Origin: Rebecca billardiae RCC1528
Taxonomy: Eukaryota; Protista; Haptophyta
Assembly: GCA_965240325.2 (NCBI GenBank)
Contig: OZ251242.1
Span: forward strand, 248,001-312,000
Reading direction: 5' to 3'
Length of the DNA: 64,000 nt
The notes beneath the pieces were generated by a model, which was not told where the DNA came from, made no database searches, and worked only from the letters and a program-made list of their open reading frames with translations. The position numbers and the translations under genes were made by a program. Shown piece by piece: positions 1-13,009 of this stretch (its first letter is position 1; the number at the start of each line of letters is the position of its first letter).

Positions 1-337
1 GGCGTGTGGCGCGCCCCAGAGCCGCTGCTTACAGGCCGGTTCCCTGGCCAGGACCGAGGACGGTCGGTGACTTGGTGAGGGCGTGAGGCTCCTGATGATA
101 AATTGACGAACGCCGAGGTGAGCTTGTATCTAAAGTAGCAGTGATGACGATGCCCATTATTCGATGATGAACAAGACCAGAATGTTTGACGTTCAGGCGG
201 GATTGTACAAGTATTTCATTACAAGTACAGCAGCTGTTACATACTGTCCAGTAAAGTAAGTGTTTACCGTACCCACTCGGCTCGGGCCAAGCAACCCCAA
301 CGAGACCCATACGTAGCCCCTCATCTTGGCGCACGCC

Positions 338-1698
338 ATGGTGGCCCTTGACGCCGACGCCGAGGCGCGCGCGGCGACCACGTTCGAGGCGACGGAGGAG
401 CTACTCGACGAGACGCTCGTCGTCGCGCGGGCCGACTACGCCATCCTCTGGACCTTCCGCCCCGCCGCGACCGAGGACGAGAAGGACATGCTCACGTGCG
501 GCGCGTACCGATCCGTCGGTGCGCGGCCGCGGCTCGCGCGGCGGTTCGCGCGGGATGGGCGCGCGCGCGCGCGCCCGTCGCCGTGCCGACTCGCCCGCCC
601 TTCCCTGCGCCCGCGCGCGCGCGCGCCGCGCCCGCAGACGGCGTGCTGATGGAGGGCTCGAGCACCGTGACGTTTGCGCCCGCCGAGGGCGTGCTCGGCC
701 AAACGTGGAGCCTGGGCTCGCCCTTCTTCGCGCCGGTGGTGAGCGCGCTCGACGAGGTGCGCTTCCCGCGGAAGCAGCTCGCCATGTTCGAGCGCGTCCG
801 CTCGATCGCCGCCTTCAAGTTCGCCAACGGCGTGCTCGAGCTCGGCTGCAAGAAAGGGTGGGCGGAGCCGCCGCACCTCGACCGCGCGTCCGTGCTCCGC
901 GTCGAGAAGAAGCTGCCGCTGGCGGCGCAGCTCACGCTCGACCTGGAGCGGCCGGGGCTGCTCGAGCGCGTGCTCGCCGAGAGCGGCGCGCACTACGCGC
1001 TCTTCTACCTCTTCTACGAGCAGGTCGAGGAGCTCAAGTGCCGGCTGTACGCGTCGGAGGACGGCGAGCTGATGCGCCAGTCCCGGACTTTTCCGTTCAC
1101 GTCCGGAATGGGCGCGATCGGGATGGCGTGGGAGGCCAAGTCGAGCTTCTTCATCGCGGACGCGGTGGCGGCGGACCCGCGCAAGTTCCTGCGCCAGCCG
1201 CTCGCCGAGGTCTACGCCGTGCACTCCATCGCCTTCATCTGCTTCAAAAACGGGATCCTCGAATTTGGCAGCCGCGGGCGGTGGGAGGGGCACCCTGGAC
1301 TGCCTGAGGCGCTGATGCGCGAGCTGAGTGTCGAGGAGGGCGGCGGCGGCGGCGGCGGCGCGGCGGTGGCGGCGAAGGGCGGCGCGGCGGAGGGCGGCGC
1401 GGCGAAGGGCACGGACGCGCGCCCGCCCGGCGCCGAGCCGCGCGCCGAGGGCGCCGCGGCAGACGGCGACGCCGCGGCGGCGCAGGCGGCCGCGCCCGAC
1501 GCGCCCGCCTCGCGCGCGGAGGGGGCGGCGCCGGCGGCGGGGACCGCCAACGCGCCGGGCGCGGGGGCGGCCGACGCCGACGCTGCCGCCGGCGATACGG
1601 TGGTGGGCGCCGAGGGTGCGGCGGGCGCCCAGGCGGCGGCGGGCGGCGCTCTGGGCCCAGAGGCGTTGGCGGCGGCGGCGGCGGGCGCGCCAGAGTGA
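338..1698 (+). CDS. Protein with two tandem GAF-like (bHLH-MYC_N-like) domains and an Ala/Gly-rich tail; intron 519-637
   Basis: A GT..CAG intron joins exon 338-518 in frame to the 496..1698 ORF. Duplicated motifs: ADYAILW/AHYALFY, F.PAEGVLGQTW/F.SGMGAIGMAW, SIAAFKFANGVLELG/SIAFICFKNGILEFGS. Confidence 0.7.
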
Positions 1699-1896
1699 GC
1701 GCGAGTTGCAATTCGTCAGTCAGAAATCATTCGATCTGAGAAATCGCGCGAGGAGCGTTTTCTATTTTTCGCGGCGCGGCGGCGGAGATTTAAATTAGTA
1801 GCAGGTGCGCAGATTCGTCGATTTATTGCGCGAATCCGCATTCAAACGGCATCACCAGCGCGCTGCGCGCTCCGAGCGTGCCCGCCGCGCGAGACG

Positions 1897-4800
1897 ATGC
1901 CGACGCCCGCGTCGCACCACCTGGGCGAGCTGGAGGAGCTGCGCCGGCTGACGGCGCTGTGCCGGGAGGAGCAGGTGGCCGAGCCCGCGCGAGTCGTCGA
2001 CGCGCTCGCCGCGCACCTCTCCTCCGCCCGCCGCCACGGCCGCGCCGACGGCGAGGCGCGGCAGCTTGCGCTCTCGGCTCTCGCGTTCCTCGCGCGCGCC
2101 GAGCGCACGCACGAGCTGATCGCGCAGCCCGCGCTGCTGCGCGACGTGTGCGCGGCGCTCGTGCACACCGAGCCCCCCGCCGCCTCCGAGTGGGCCGCGA
2201 TGTGCCTGCGCTACCTCAGCCGCCGCCCGGCCACGCGCGCGCTCATGCGCACCGCGGCGGGCGGCGGCGTCGACGTCCTCGCGGTGCTCGCGAGCTGCCT
2301 GCTCGAGGCGGGCACCGAGCCGAAGACGCGCTCGTGGGCGGTGAGCGCGATCGCGTACTTTGCGCGTGACGCGCCCTGCCGCGCCGAGCTCGGCGCGGCG
2401 GCGGAGGCCGTCGGCGCCGGCGCCGATTCGGACGCGGCGCTCGGCTCGCGGCTCGCGGAGGGACTGGTGTGCGCGCTGCGCTCGGAGGATGAGGACCTGG
2501 TGGTGTGGGCGGCGGAGGCGTGCGCCAGCCTCGCGCAGGACGACGGCTGCTGCGTCCGCCTCGCGCGCGCCGGCTGCGTCGACGCGGCCTCGTTCCTCGC
2601 GCTCCGGCCGCGGCCGCAGCTACCGGCCGTGGCGCGCCGCTGCGCGCTCGAGCTTCTGGGGCTGTTCGGCCGCTCGGCGGAGGCGCGGTCGGAGATGGCG
2701 GCGCTCGGCGTGCACACCGCCGCGCTCGCGCTGGTCGAGTCGGGCGAGTGCGTCCCCTGGGCGCTCGCGCTGCTCAGCGCGCTGTGCGCCGACGAGAAGG
2801 TGGCGGCCTCGGTCGCGGCGCGCGCTGAGCCAGTGCTCGGAGTTCTGCTGGCGCCGCGGCAGGAGGAGGCGGCGCGCGAGGCGGAGGCGTGCCTCGCGTG
2901 CCTCGCCGCGTTCGCCGCACACCCGCGCGCGCGCTCCGCGCTGCGCGCGCGCGCGACCGACGCGCAGCGCGGCGCGGCGCGCTCGCTGCTCGAGCGCGCG
3001 CGCGCCGCGGGCGACGCGCGCGCCGCGGCGCGCGCGCAGGCGGCCGCGGCGGCTCTGGAAGAGCTGCGACCGGAGGCGATCTCGCGCACGCGCGCCGCCG
3101 CCGCCGCCGCCGCCGCGCCCGCCGCGCAGGACACCGCCGAGCCGGGCGGCGGCGGCGGCGCGCTCAGCACGCCGCGCGCGCGTGGCGGCGCGGCGCAGCC
3201 TTCCGCCCTCGGCCGCGCCGCCGCGTCTTCGGCCGCGCCGCGCGCCTCAGCCGCGCACAAGGGCGCGGCGACGGGCGCGCGGCCGCTGAGCGCGCGCGCG
3301 TCGAGCGGGTGCGGCCGCAGCGCGCCGCGCTCCGCGCTCGTCCCAGCCGGCGCGCCCGGCGCGGACGACGACTCGCCGCTCACCGCGACCATCCGATCGG
3401 GTCTCGAGGTCGCGACTGCCGCGGTCCACGCGCCGCCGCCGGTGCCGCCGTCGCGCGCCGCCGCCGCCGCCATCTCAGCCGCGGCCGCGGGCGGTCCGAG
3501 CACGCCGCAGCCGCCGCCGCTGGTGGTGCGCACGCCGTCCGCCGCGAGCGTGAACGGCGTGGGCGCGGGCGGCGGCGCGCCCACGCCCGCCGCCGCCGCC
3601 GCGGCGGCGCACCCGCCACCCGCCGTGCGCACGCCGTCCGCCTCGTGCGGCGCGGGTGGTGCGCCGCCGCTCGCCGCCTCGGCCTCTCCGCAGGTGCTGA
3701 CCGCGGCGCTGCGCGAGCGCGCGCGCGCGGCGGACGTGCAGGTGCACGCCGCGCACCTCGCCCTCGCCGAGCGCGGCGCGGCCACCTCCGCCCTGCTCGA
3801 GGAGCTCTCCGCCATGCGCTTTGCGCTCGACGAGAAGGACGCCGCCGCCGACGCGACAGAGGCCCGCCTGCGAGCCGCGGAGGAGGCGCAAGCGGCGCGC
3901 GAGGCGGCGCACGGCGCGGAGCTAGGCGATGCGCGCGCGCGCGCGGCGGAGGCGGAGGCGGCCGCGGCCGCGGCGCGGCGCGCGGCCGAGGCGGACGCCG
4001 CGCACGCGCGCGCCGAGGCCGACGCGCTGCGCGCCGCGCTCGTCGACGCCGACGCCGCCGCCGCAGACGCCCTCCTCGCCGCAGTCACCGCGGAGCGCAC
4101 GCGCGCCGACGCGGCCGTTGCGGACGCGCTCGCCGGCTGGCGCGAAGACCTGTCGCGCGCGCGCGCCGCGGCGGAGGCGGACACGGGCGCGGCGGCGCGC
4201 GCGGCCGCGGCGGCGGAGGCGCGCGCGGCCGAGGCGGAGGCCAACGCGGCCGCGGCGTGCGAGGCGTTGGGCGCGGAGGCGGCCGCGCGCGCCGCGGCGG
4301 AGGCGCGCGCGGCCGCCGCCGAGGCCGACGCGGACGCGGCGCGCGCCGACGCAGAAGCCGCCTTTGAGGCCGCGGACGGCCGCGTGCGCGAGGCGCGGGA
4401 GGAGGCGTCGCGCGCGCTGGACGCGGCGGCGGCGGCGCACGCCGAGAGCGCGCGGCACTCCGCCGCCGAGGCCGCGGCGCAGCTGCAAGAGGCGCGAAGC
4501 GCGCTCTCGCGCGAGGCGCGCGCGCGCGCCTCGCTCGCAGATGCAAACGCCCGCGAGCGCGCGGCCGAACGAGAGGCGCACGCTCGCGCACTCGCCGAGG
4601 CCGCGACGGAGGCGGCGGTGGCGGAGCGGCTGCGCGGCGCGGCGGAGGCGGACGCGCGCGCGGCGGCGGCCGCCGAGTCGCACGCCGCGCGCGTCGGCGA
4701 GGCGCGCGCGCGCGCCGACGCCGCGGAGCGCGACGCTGCCGAGGCGCGCGCGCTCGCCGCGGCCGAGGCCGACGCGCGCGCCGTGCTAGGCGCCGCGCGC

Positions 4801-6095
4801 GACGCAAAGGCGGGCGAGCTGGCGAGTGCGCGCGCGGAGGTGGCGGCGGTGCGCGCCGAGGCGGACGCGCTCGTGCGCCGGCTGCGCGCCGCGCAGGCCT
4901 CCGCCGCCGAGGCGGCGGCGGCGCAGGGCGCGCTGCGCGCCGAGCTGGCCGGCGCCGAGGCCGGCGCGGCCGACGCGCCCGCGCTACGCGAGGCTCTGGC
5001 CATCGCTCGCGCCGAGCGCGCGCGCGCGGCCGCTGGCGAGGAAAGCGCCCGCGCCGCGGCCGAGCGCGCGCTGGCGGCCGAGCGCGCGCGCGCCGAGGCG
5101 GAGGCGGGTGCGCTGCGCGCCGCGCTCGCGGACGCCGAGGGCCGCGCCGAGGCGGCCGCCGCCGAGGCGCGCGAGGCGGGAGCGGAGGTGCGCCCGCCGC
5201 GTGCCGACCCGCCCGCGCCGCGGCCGCGCGCGTGCGTGCGCGTGCGTGCGTGCGCGTGCGTGCGCGTGATGCGCGCCGCGCGCGCGGCGGCTGCTGCGCC
5301 CTCGCGTGCCGCAACGCGGCGGTGCGCCGCCGTGCTCGCGCGCGCTCAGCCGGCCCGCTCTCACGTCCCCGCGCCGTGCGCCTCCCTGCCGCAGGACGCG
5401 CGCCGCGAGCTACAAGAAGCCACGCGCGCCGCGACGGCCACCACCACGCCTGCCGACGGCGGTCCGAGCGCTGAGCAGCACGGCCGCGCCGACGCGACTG
5501 ACGCCGCCACGCGGCATGAACGGTGCGGCGCGCCGCGCACGCGCCGCGCACGCGCCGCGCACGCGCCGCGCACGCGTGGCGAGGCGCGGCCGCCCGGCGC
5601 GCGCAGGCTCACGCGCGCGTGCGTGTGTGCCCCACCTGCCCCGCCGCCTGTGCGCGCGCGCGCAGTCACCTGCGCAGCGCGCGCGCGCGGCTGATGCGGA
5701 TGGAGGCGCGGTTTGTCGACGCGCTCGAGAACGATGGCGGCCGTCTGCGCGAGGAGCTGCAGCACACGCGCACGCTCACCGCCAAGGCGAGCACGCCGCC
5801 CGCGCACGCGCACCACCTCCACCGCGGCGGCGCGAGCGCGAGCGCGGGCGGCGCCGGCGCAGAGGGTGCGGCGCTGCGCGAGCGCCAGCTGGCCGCCTCG
5901 GCCGAGCCGCCGCGCGAGAGCGCCGCCGCCGCGTCTTGGCTCGGCGCGGGCGCGCTCGGCGGCGCGGCGCCGCAGCCGCGCGCATACCCCGTGCCCGCCT
6001 GCGAGGCGGAGGGCGGTGCGCACGGTGGTGGCTTGCTTGCCGCCGAGCTCCTGGCGGCGGCGCCGGGCCGGGGTGGAGGACACCGAGCTTGCTGA
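1897..6095 (+). CDS. Armadillo-repeat protein with low-complexity linker and long Ala/Glu/Arg coiled coil; probable introns 5188-5393 and 5523-5665
   Basis: ARM-like helical repeats (WAAMCLRYLS, WAVSAIAYFA, WAAEACASLA) and a heptad-rich C-terminal half. GTGCG..CAG introns keep the frame. The 3' end is uncertain (6095 or 6180). Confidence 0.65.
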
Positions 6096-6744
6096 GGCTG
6101 CTGACCTACTGCTGGACGAAGAGTGGCCCGGGCGCGGACGCGGGCGGTCGTGGCCGGAGTGTTATTATTACTTATTTTGAGCGCAGTGACGATGACTACA
6201 TTGACTATACGACGGACCGGACCGCGCCCGGCCCGCTGCGTGTCGCGTGACGATGTCGCGATGACGCAGGCGCACATCGTCATCGACATCGTGCGCGCGA
6301 TGTCATCACTGATAATATCGTCCGACAAATTGATGCTGAGTTTATATTTATCAAATAATTCGGGTCACCTACCCGGTCCCGGCCGGCCGCGCGCCATTAT
6401 TACAATAACAATATATATATATGATGACGACATATATCAATATCATATATATATCGATCGTCGCATCAGTTGAACTTCGGAATAGTCGTAGTATATCACA
6501 TTCACTCTGTCTGATGTCGTCGACACTGACAGTCCGAGCTGGACTACCCGTGCCGCCTCGCTCGCGGACCCCGCGGCGGACCGCGGCCACGGGCTGTCTG
6601 CGCGGGCCGTGGATTCGGAGCCGTCCGCGCACTCCGAAGCCAATGAGCAATTCGGTTTTGCCTTTTGGTGCAGCCAACGGCCGTCGCAGACGGCATTGCG
6701 GTCAATGGTCTTGCTGGCCATGCACTCGTAGCAACGCGTCCGGC

Positions 6745-7623
6745 CTAGCATTCCATCGCGAGCTCGTTGGCGGGCGGCACCCACGCGAACTCCGTGTCGT
6801 TGTGCCGTGCGTCGAAGGCGGCGACGGCCCGCGGCAGCGTCAGGTAGTGCCGGAGCGCGCGGCACATGCCGGCCTCGATCTCGAGCTCGTCCTCCGGCGC
6901 CGCCCACGGGAAGCTCGTGTCGCCCTGTTGCCGGTCGAAGGCGGCGGTTGCGGCGGGCAGCCCGCGCAGCTGGCGGCGCACGGGGCAGGCGTCCTCGTCG
7001 AGCTCGTCCTCCGGCGCCACCCACGGGAAGCTCGTGTCGCCCTGTTGCCGGTCGAAGGCGGCGGTTGCGGCGGGCAGCCCGCGCAGCTGGCGGCGCACGG
7101 GGCAGGCGTCCTCGTCGAGCTCGTCCTCCGGCGCCGCCCACGGGAAGTCAGCGTCGTTGTGGAGCCCGTCGAAGGCGGCAACGGCGTCCGGGAAGGCGGC
7201 GCGCATTGCGTTCTGCGGCGCGAACTCGTCGGCGTCGTCGAGCTCGTTGTCGGGAGCGGCGCACGGGAACTGGCTGTCGTTGTGCCGGAAGTCAAAGCGC
7301 GCGACGGCGCTGGGGAAGTCGGGCTCGTACTCGTCGTCGTCTTCGGGGACCCATGGGTAGTCGTTGTCGTTGTTCATCCAGTCGAACAGCGCCATGGCGC
7401 GCGCGAAGTCGTCCTCCTTCGTCTGGAACTGGAGCTTGCGCGCCGCGCCCGAGCTCGAGCCGAGCGAGTCCCGGCGCGCGCCGAGGGTGGGGCTGACGTA
7501 AACGTCGGCGGGCTTGTGGATCATCGAGCGGCAGTCGTGGTTGAAGTCGAAGCGCTGCAGCGCGCGCGGGAACTCCGGGTCGGTTGGGCCTAACATGGGC
7601 GAGATCTCCTCCATGGTCGTCAT
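6745..7623 (-). CDS. Intronless 292-aa acidic protein made of about 7 copies of an unrecognised 30-40 aa repeat
   Basis: Clean ATG-to-stop ORF with GC3-biased codons. Repeated motif [FL]PxAxxxFDxx(H)NDxxFPWxxPxxE. Confidence 0.8.
   Translation of the reverse strand: MTTMEEISPMLGPTDPEFPRALQRFDFNHDCRSMIHKPADVYVSPTLGARRDSLGSSSGAARKLQFQTKEDDFARAMALFDWMNNDNDYPWVPEDDDEYEPDFPSAVARFDFRHNDSQFPCAAPDNELDDADEFAPQNAMRAAFPDAVAAFDGLHNDADFPWAAPEDELDEDACPVRRQLRGLPAATAAFDRQQGDTSFPWVAPEDELDEDACPVRRQLRGLPAATAAFDRQQGDTSFPWAAPEDELEIEAGMCRALRHYLTLPRAVAAFDARHNDTEFAWVPPANELAMEC
6881..7147. repeat. 117-bp near-perfect tandem duplication (about 2.3 units) inside the acidic-repeat gene
   Basis: tcgagctcgtcctccggcgcc recurs at 6881, 6998 and 7115. 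Confidence 0.9.
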
Positions 7624-8554
7624 GCGGTCGGTCGTGCGGTGCGTGTGGTCGGGTTGCGTGGTTGCGTTGATCGCGAAGTGCCGAAGTCAAGGTTTGGGGT
7701 CGGTCGTGGGCGGAGGCCCCGGCCACTTCCGTTTGGCAAACAGTAGGCGCTGCTCTGTTGGCGAATCAGCAGCGCGCTTGCAGATGATGACTACGACGTG
7801 GGCTTGAAGTTCGCCTATCGGAAAGCCTGGAAGTCGAGACAGGACAGCGAAACTTCACGGCTCGGCTTGGGAGGCGTCAACCCGGCAAGCCCTTGGTGCG
7901 AAGATCACTTGCGGATGCGGGAATCGAAGTGCATTTTTCCTGCAATTGCGTGGCTTAAGACCTTGAAGGCGAACTCGAAATACCGGGGGGGATTGACGAC
8001 ACAAGTTACCGCAACCTACCCACATGATGCGCTTGATTGTATACCGTCGAACTTTTTGACAACCTGCGAATCGTCATCATCACGATCTGCAAACTCGCGA
8101 TCACGATGCCGGCCGTCCTCGCTGCGGCTGTCGACGTCGCGCGTGTGCCTTGATGCCCGTGACCGAGTCCGCCGGGCGGCCGGCTTCTTCGTTAGCGGCA
8201 CACGCAGCTAGTGAAGCTCGTGACAGCGGCACCTATCACCTGCCATGGCCGGACCCACACTGAGCACCGCGCCTGACAGGCTTGGTGGCGCGGTGCGCCC
8301 GCAGCCGGCCGGCACTCCAGGTCGGTCGGAGCTGAGCCTCGAAGTCCGCCGCCCCGCCGGACACCGCGCCAGCCACCGCAGCCGGCGGACCGCGAGCCTC
8401 AGGCCGAGCTGACGCGGCGTGACACGCTTGCCACGCGGCGCCGATCGCGGACCGGCTCCACGCGCGACTGGCCTCGGCGACCTCGGCCGGGCTCTGTGGC
8501 CGCACGCCGCCGCGACTGCTGGCAGCCCTGCTGCGCCGTCAGCAGACTCGGCCG

Positions 8555-9210
8555 TCACGGTGGGCTGGCCGGCTGCGCGGCTGGCCGCGCCTCCGCCTCC
8601 GCCGCGCTCGCGCCATCGGGCGCGACCGGCGCCGTCGCGGCGGCCGCGGCGGGGTCGGGCGCGACCTTGGCGCGCCTGTACCCAGCGGACGACGACGAGC
8701 AGCGGGACGCACCCTCGCCCTCCGCGCCGCCGCACGCGCCGCCAGCGCTGCCGCACCGTGCCGCGGCGCTTTGTCTGCTGCTGGGCCCGTGCGCTTTCGG
8801 CGGCGTCGGCGCCGGCGCCGCCGCCGCCGCCGCCTTGTGCGACTGCGTGCGGAAGTGCAGCACGGAGGGCATGCCGTACTGCGCGAGCGGGCTCGAGCCG
8901 GCGGCGTGCTCCGCCGCGCCCTTCCCGCCCCACATCGGCTCCGTGCGCCGGCTGGGCGAGCTCGCGCCGAGCGGCGCAAGCAGCGAGCTTGCCGAGCCTG
9001 CCGACGTGCGCGACTGGATGGCGGGCGCCGAGAAGCGCACGGTGCGCTCGGTCGCGGGCGCGCCGGGCTCGGCGGCGGCGCCCGGGTCCGAGCGCGCGGT
9101 CTGCGGGCCGTACGCGCTGAGCAGGTACTCCTCCGACAGCTCCTTGCCCGACGCGTAGTCGTTGGCGATCGCGCGCATCAGCGCGATCAGCGCGTCCGGA
9201 CGCTGCGGGT

Positions 9211-9243
<33 letters not shown>

Positions 9244-12200
9244 CGAAGAGCTTCATCAGCCCGTTCGACTCGCGGCGGCGGAGGAAGAGCGCCTCCTCCC
9301 ACTTGCGCGAGCGGTCGTGCTCGACGGTGAACGTCTTCGCCTCCTTCATCTTGCTCACCTCCTGCGCCGCACGCACCGCGCGCACCGCGCGCGTGGGCGT
9401 GGGCGGGGGCGCGCGCGCGTGAGCGCCCGACACGCGCGGCGGGTGCGGCGCGGCCCCGTCCGGCGGGTGCGGCGGCGCGGCCGGCCGGCGCGCCGCGCGC
9501 GCGCACCTTCCACCACGGGAGGAACTCGACGAAGGAGATCTGCCCGTCCACGTCCGAGTCGAGCCTCGCCACCGCCTCGCGCAGCTCGGCGCGCGTCAGT
9601 TCAATCCCCATGTGCGCGAGGATGGACTCGAGCTCCGTCTTGGAGATGGTGCCGGAGCCGTCCACGTCGAAGGAGGCGAAGACCTTGCGCACGTCGTAGT
9701 CCTCGAACCACGAGGCGTACTCGTCGAAGCCGATGGAGCCCGAGCCGTCCTGGTCGAGCTCGCGCAGCGCCGCCTCGAGCTCCTCCCCCTCCAGCTGCGA
9801 GCCAATGCTCGCCATCAGCGCGCCCAGCTCGGACGCGTCGATGGTGCCCGAGCCGTCCTCGTCGAACTTGAGGAAGACCTTCTCGAGCCCGTGGCGCTGC
9901 CACCACGCGATGAACTCGGCGAAGGAGATGGTGCCGTTGGTGTTCACGTCGATGGTGGCGAGCACCTTGCGCAGCTCCGCCGTGCTCAGCGACTCGCCCA
10001 GGTCCTTGAGCAGGTCCCCCAGCTCGAGCGTCGAGATGGCGCCCGAGCCGTCCACGTCGTAGCGCTCGAACAGCGAGCGCACGCCGTTGCTCAGCACCAC
10101 CACGTAACGGTCGGCGGAGACGCCGCCCTTGCGGTCGTTGTGCAGCGCCTGCTGCGGGAAGAGCGTGGCGAGGGAGTGGTTCTTCGAGCGGTGCACGCGC
10201 TTCTCCGTCTCCACCGAGTAGATCTCGAGCACCAGCGCGGCGAGCAGCGACAGCATGATCGCGTTCGTGAGCAGCACAAACGAAATCAGATAAGTCCAGG
10301 TCACAAACCGGCCGCCGTCGCCGTTGAGCGCGTAGACGACCTCATTCCAGTTGGCGGAGAGGACGAGCTGGAGCAGCGTGATGATCCCGATCGTCGCGTC
10401 GTCGAACGACGGGCACCACGCCAGGCACGCCGCCGCCGTGCCCGCGTCCCAGTCCATCTTGCCGTGGAACGCCTCCAAGCCGATGATCAAATAAAAGTAA
10501 AACACCATCAGGATCGTGCCGAGGATCGTGCCGATCACCGGGCGCATCTGGCCGAAGGTGGCGGAGAGCACGCGCAGCTTGTGCGAGTGCGTGAAGACCG
10601 AGAGCGTGCGCGCCACGCGCAGCACGCTGAGGATGTGCAGCGCGCCCGCCGCCACCGGGTCCGCGGGCGCCGCGCCGAACGCGCTGATCAGCGCGACGCG
10701 TCCGCAGAGCACCAGCACCGACCCCGCCGCCATCGCGGTGTCGAGGCGGTTGCGCTCGCTCTCCCAGTAGCCCGCGGGCGAGTGCGCGGCGACCTTGAGC
10801 CCCCACTCCAGCGTGAGCACGCACACGTACCCCGCGTCGATCGCCAGCGCGCCGCCCACCGAGAAGTGCGTGCGCGTCGCCGGGTGCGCCTGCATCGCCA
10901 GCAGCACGACATAGGCGACGATCGTCCCGAGGACGCCCAGCTCGAACGGCTCGGAGGCGGTGACGGCGCGGAGCGCGTTGAAGCGGCGGCGGAGGCACGG
11001 GAGCAGCCGCGTCACGTCCTGCCGCGCCTCGCGCACGTCGAGCAGCAGCGCGTCGCTCAGCCGGATGAACTCGGCGGCGGTCACGGTGTTGTCCCCGTCT
11101 GCATCCAGCAGCTTGTACAGGAGCGAGCGCTCGGTCGCGGAGCCGCCCGGCTGCACGGCGGTGATGAGCTTGGTGAACTCGGGGACGGAGATGGCGCCCG
11201 AGTTGTCCTCGTCGACCAGCGCGAACGCCATGAGCAGACACCGCCGCTCCACCACCTTCTCCTCGAGCACCTTCAGCCCGTGGAAGCGCTTATAATAATC
11301 GAAGACGATCGCCACGATCGCCGGCATGATCACGATCGTGCCCACAAACACGAAGCCTGCGAAGTAGAGGAGCGAGGCGGGGTGCAGGTTGAGGGCGGGC
11401 CACATGACCGACGGGTAGTTCTCGCCCGTCATCAGCGTGAGCAGCGAGACGAACGCCAGGTCGAACGAGTCGAACGCGTTCGAGTCGTCGCCGTTGTGCG
11501 GAGGGCCCCGCAGGTTGGTTGCTGAGAAGAGGGTCACGCCGATGATCGAGTAGAGCAGCGTGAAGACGAGGCCGAGGAGGAGGAGGTCGCCGAGCGAGGG
11601 GAGCGTGTCGATGATCGAGAGCACCGAGTTGAAGCACGCCTTGTTCGTAAAGGGCAGATACAGCATGCGCAGCGGCCGGCTCCACCGCATGTACCCGACC
11701 GTGCCGCCGGACGCGAGGGCCACCACCAGGGCGAGAACCCAATCGACCGAGCACGCGAGCGCGATGGCGCAGCGGAAGTAGTTCTGGCGCTGCGCGGCGT
11801 GGGCGCGCGGCGGGGCGGGCGGCGGCGGGTCCCGCGCGCGGGCACGCGTGAGCGGCGGCGCGGCCGCGCCCGCGCCCGGCCCGCCTGGGCTCGCACCCCG
11901 CCGCCCGCCGCCCCTGGCCTGGCGGCGCCCACCCGCTGCCAGCCGGTGCGGCAGCTCGCGCCCTCACGCGCGCGCCGCGCGCGCTGCATGGCCGCCACGC
12001 GGCGCGGCGCACATTCTCGAGGATGGCGGCCCAGCGCTCGTAGCCAAAGTTGAACACCACGTCGAGCACGTACGCCGTCGCGCACACGCCCTCGATTGGC
12101 ACGAGCCACCACGCCCACGGCTGCGCGGCAGGGTGGGAGGAGAGCGGCGCGACGTGCGTGACTGGCGGCTCGAAGAAGGTGATGACGAGGTAGGTGGCGA

Positions 12201-13009
12201 TGCACAGCTGCACGAAGAGGCGCCAGCGCGGCTCGTGCGCGATCAGGAAGAAGGTGCGCGCGCGCGCCTCCTCCCACGCGATCGAGCCTGGGTCGATGCG
12301 CAGCACGGCCAGCTTGCACAGCGCCGCCGCGAGGCTGAGCCGCTCGTGCGCCGTGTAGTCGGAGGCGGCGTGCACCTCCTGCACGTGCCCCGTCGACGCG
12401 CGCGTCACGTTCTCGTCGAACGCGTCGCGGTCCAGCCCCAGCTCGTCGAGCGAGCGCGAGACCATCCGCTCGTACAGCCTGCGCGCGGGCGCGGCGCGCA
12501 GAGGCGCCGCGCGCGCGGGCGAGATGGCGAGGGCACGGGCGTGAGCGTGCGCAGATGGGCGCGGCTTGGTGGCTGCACGCTGCGCCACGCCGCGCGGGCA
12601 CGGGCGCGCGCACGCGCGCGCACCTCAGCTCGTCCTCCGCCTCCTGCAGCTGCCGGATGCGGTGGCTGAGCGAGCGTCGATACGAGCGCTTGCGTTTCGG
12701 GTTGATGCCGATGGCGGAAGAGAGCGAGCGCGGCTGGCCCCTGGCGATCTTACGCGGCCCGCCCTTGGCGGGCGCGTCCTCCTCCCCCTCCTCGTCCACC
12801 TCCTCCTCGCTCCCGTACTCGTCGTCCGCGACCTCCCTGGGAGCCGCCTCAACCGCCGGCAGGTTCTGATCGTTGTCAAAAGACACTGCGCGCACGGCGG
12901 GCTGCGGCCTGGGTTCGGCCCCGGCAGCGGCGGCGACGGCGTGCGCGTGGATGGAGACGTCGTCCTCCTGCCCCACATCCACCGCCTCGAGAGGCTCCGC
13001 TCCCCCCAT
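8555..13009 (-). CDS. TPC: Two-pore channel (TPC) with 2 linker EF-hands and 6 C-terminal EF-hands; introns about 12479-12623, 11790-12012, 9362-9506
   Basis: Two 6-TM units, S4-like RWSRPLRMLY and LRVAR..KLR, pore helices AFVSLLTLMTGENYP and IITLLQLVLSANWNEV, and DxDxSGxI loops. All introns are GTGCGC..CAG and frame-compatible. Confidence 0.88.

Noticed and set aside
2211-5003. Long antisense and alternative-frame ORFs (also 9612-11525, 49461-50816 and many more)
   Set aside because: Shadow ORFs caused by very high GC and stop-codon scarcity opposite real genes.
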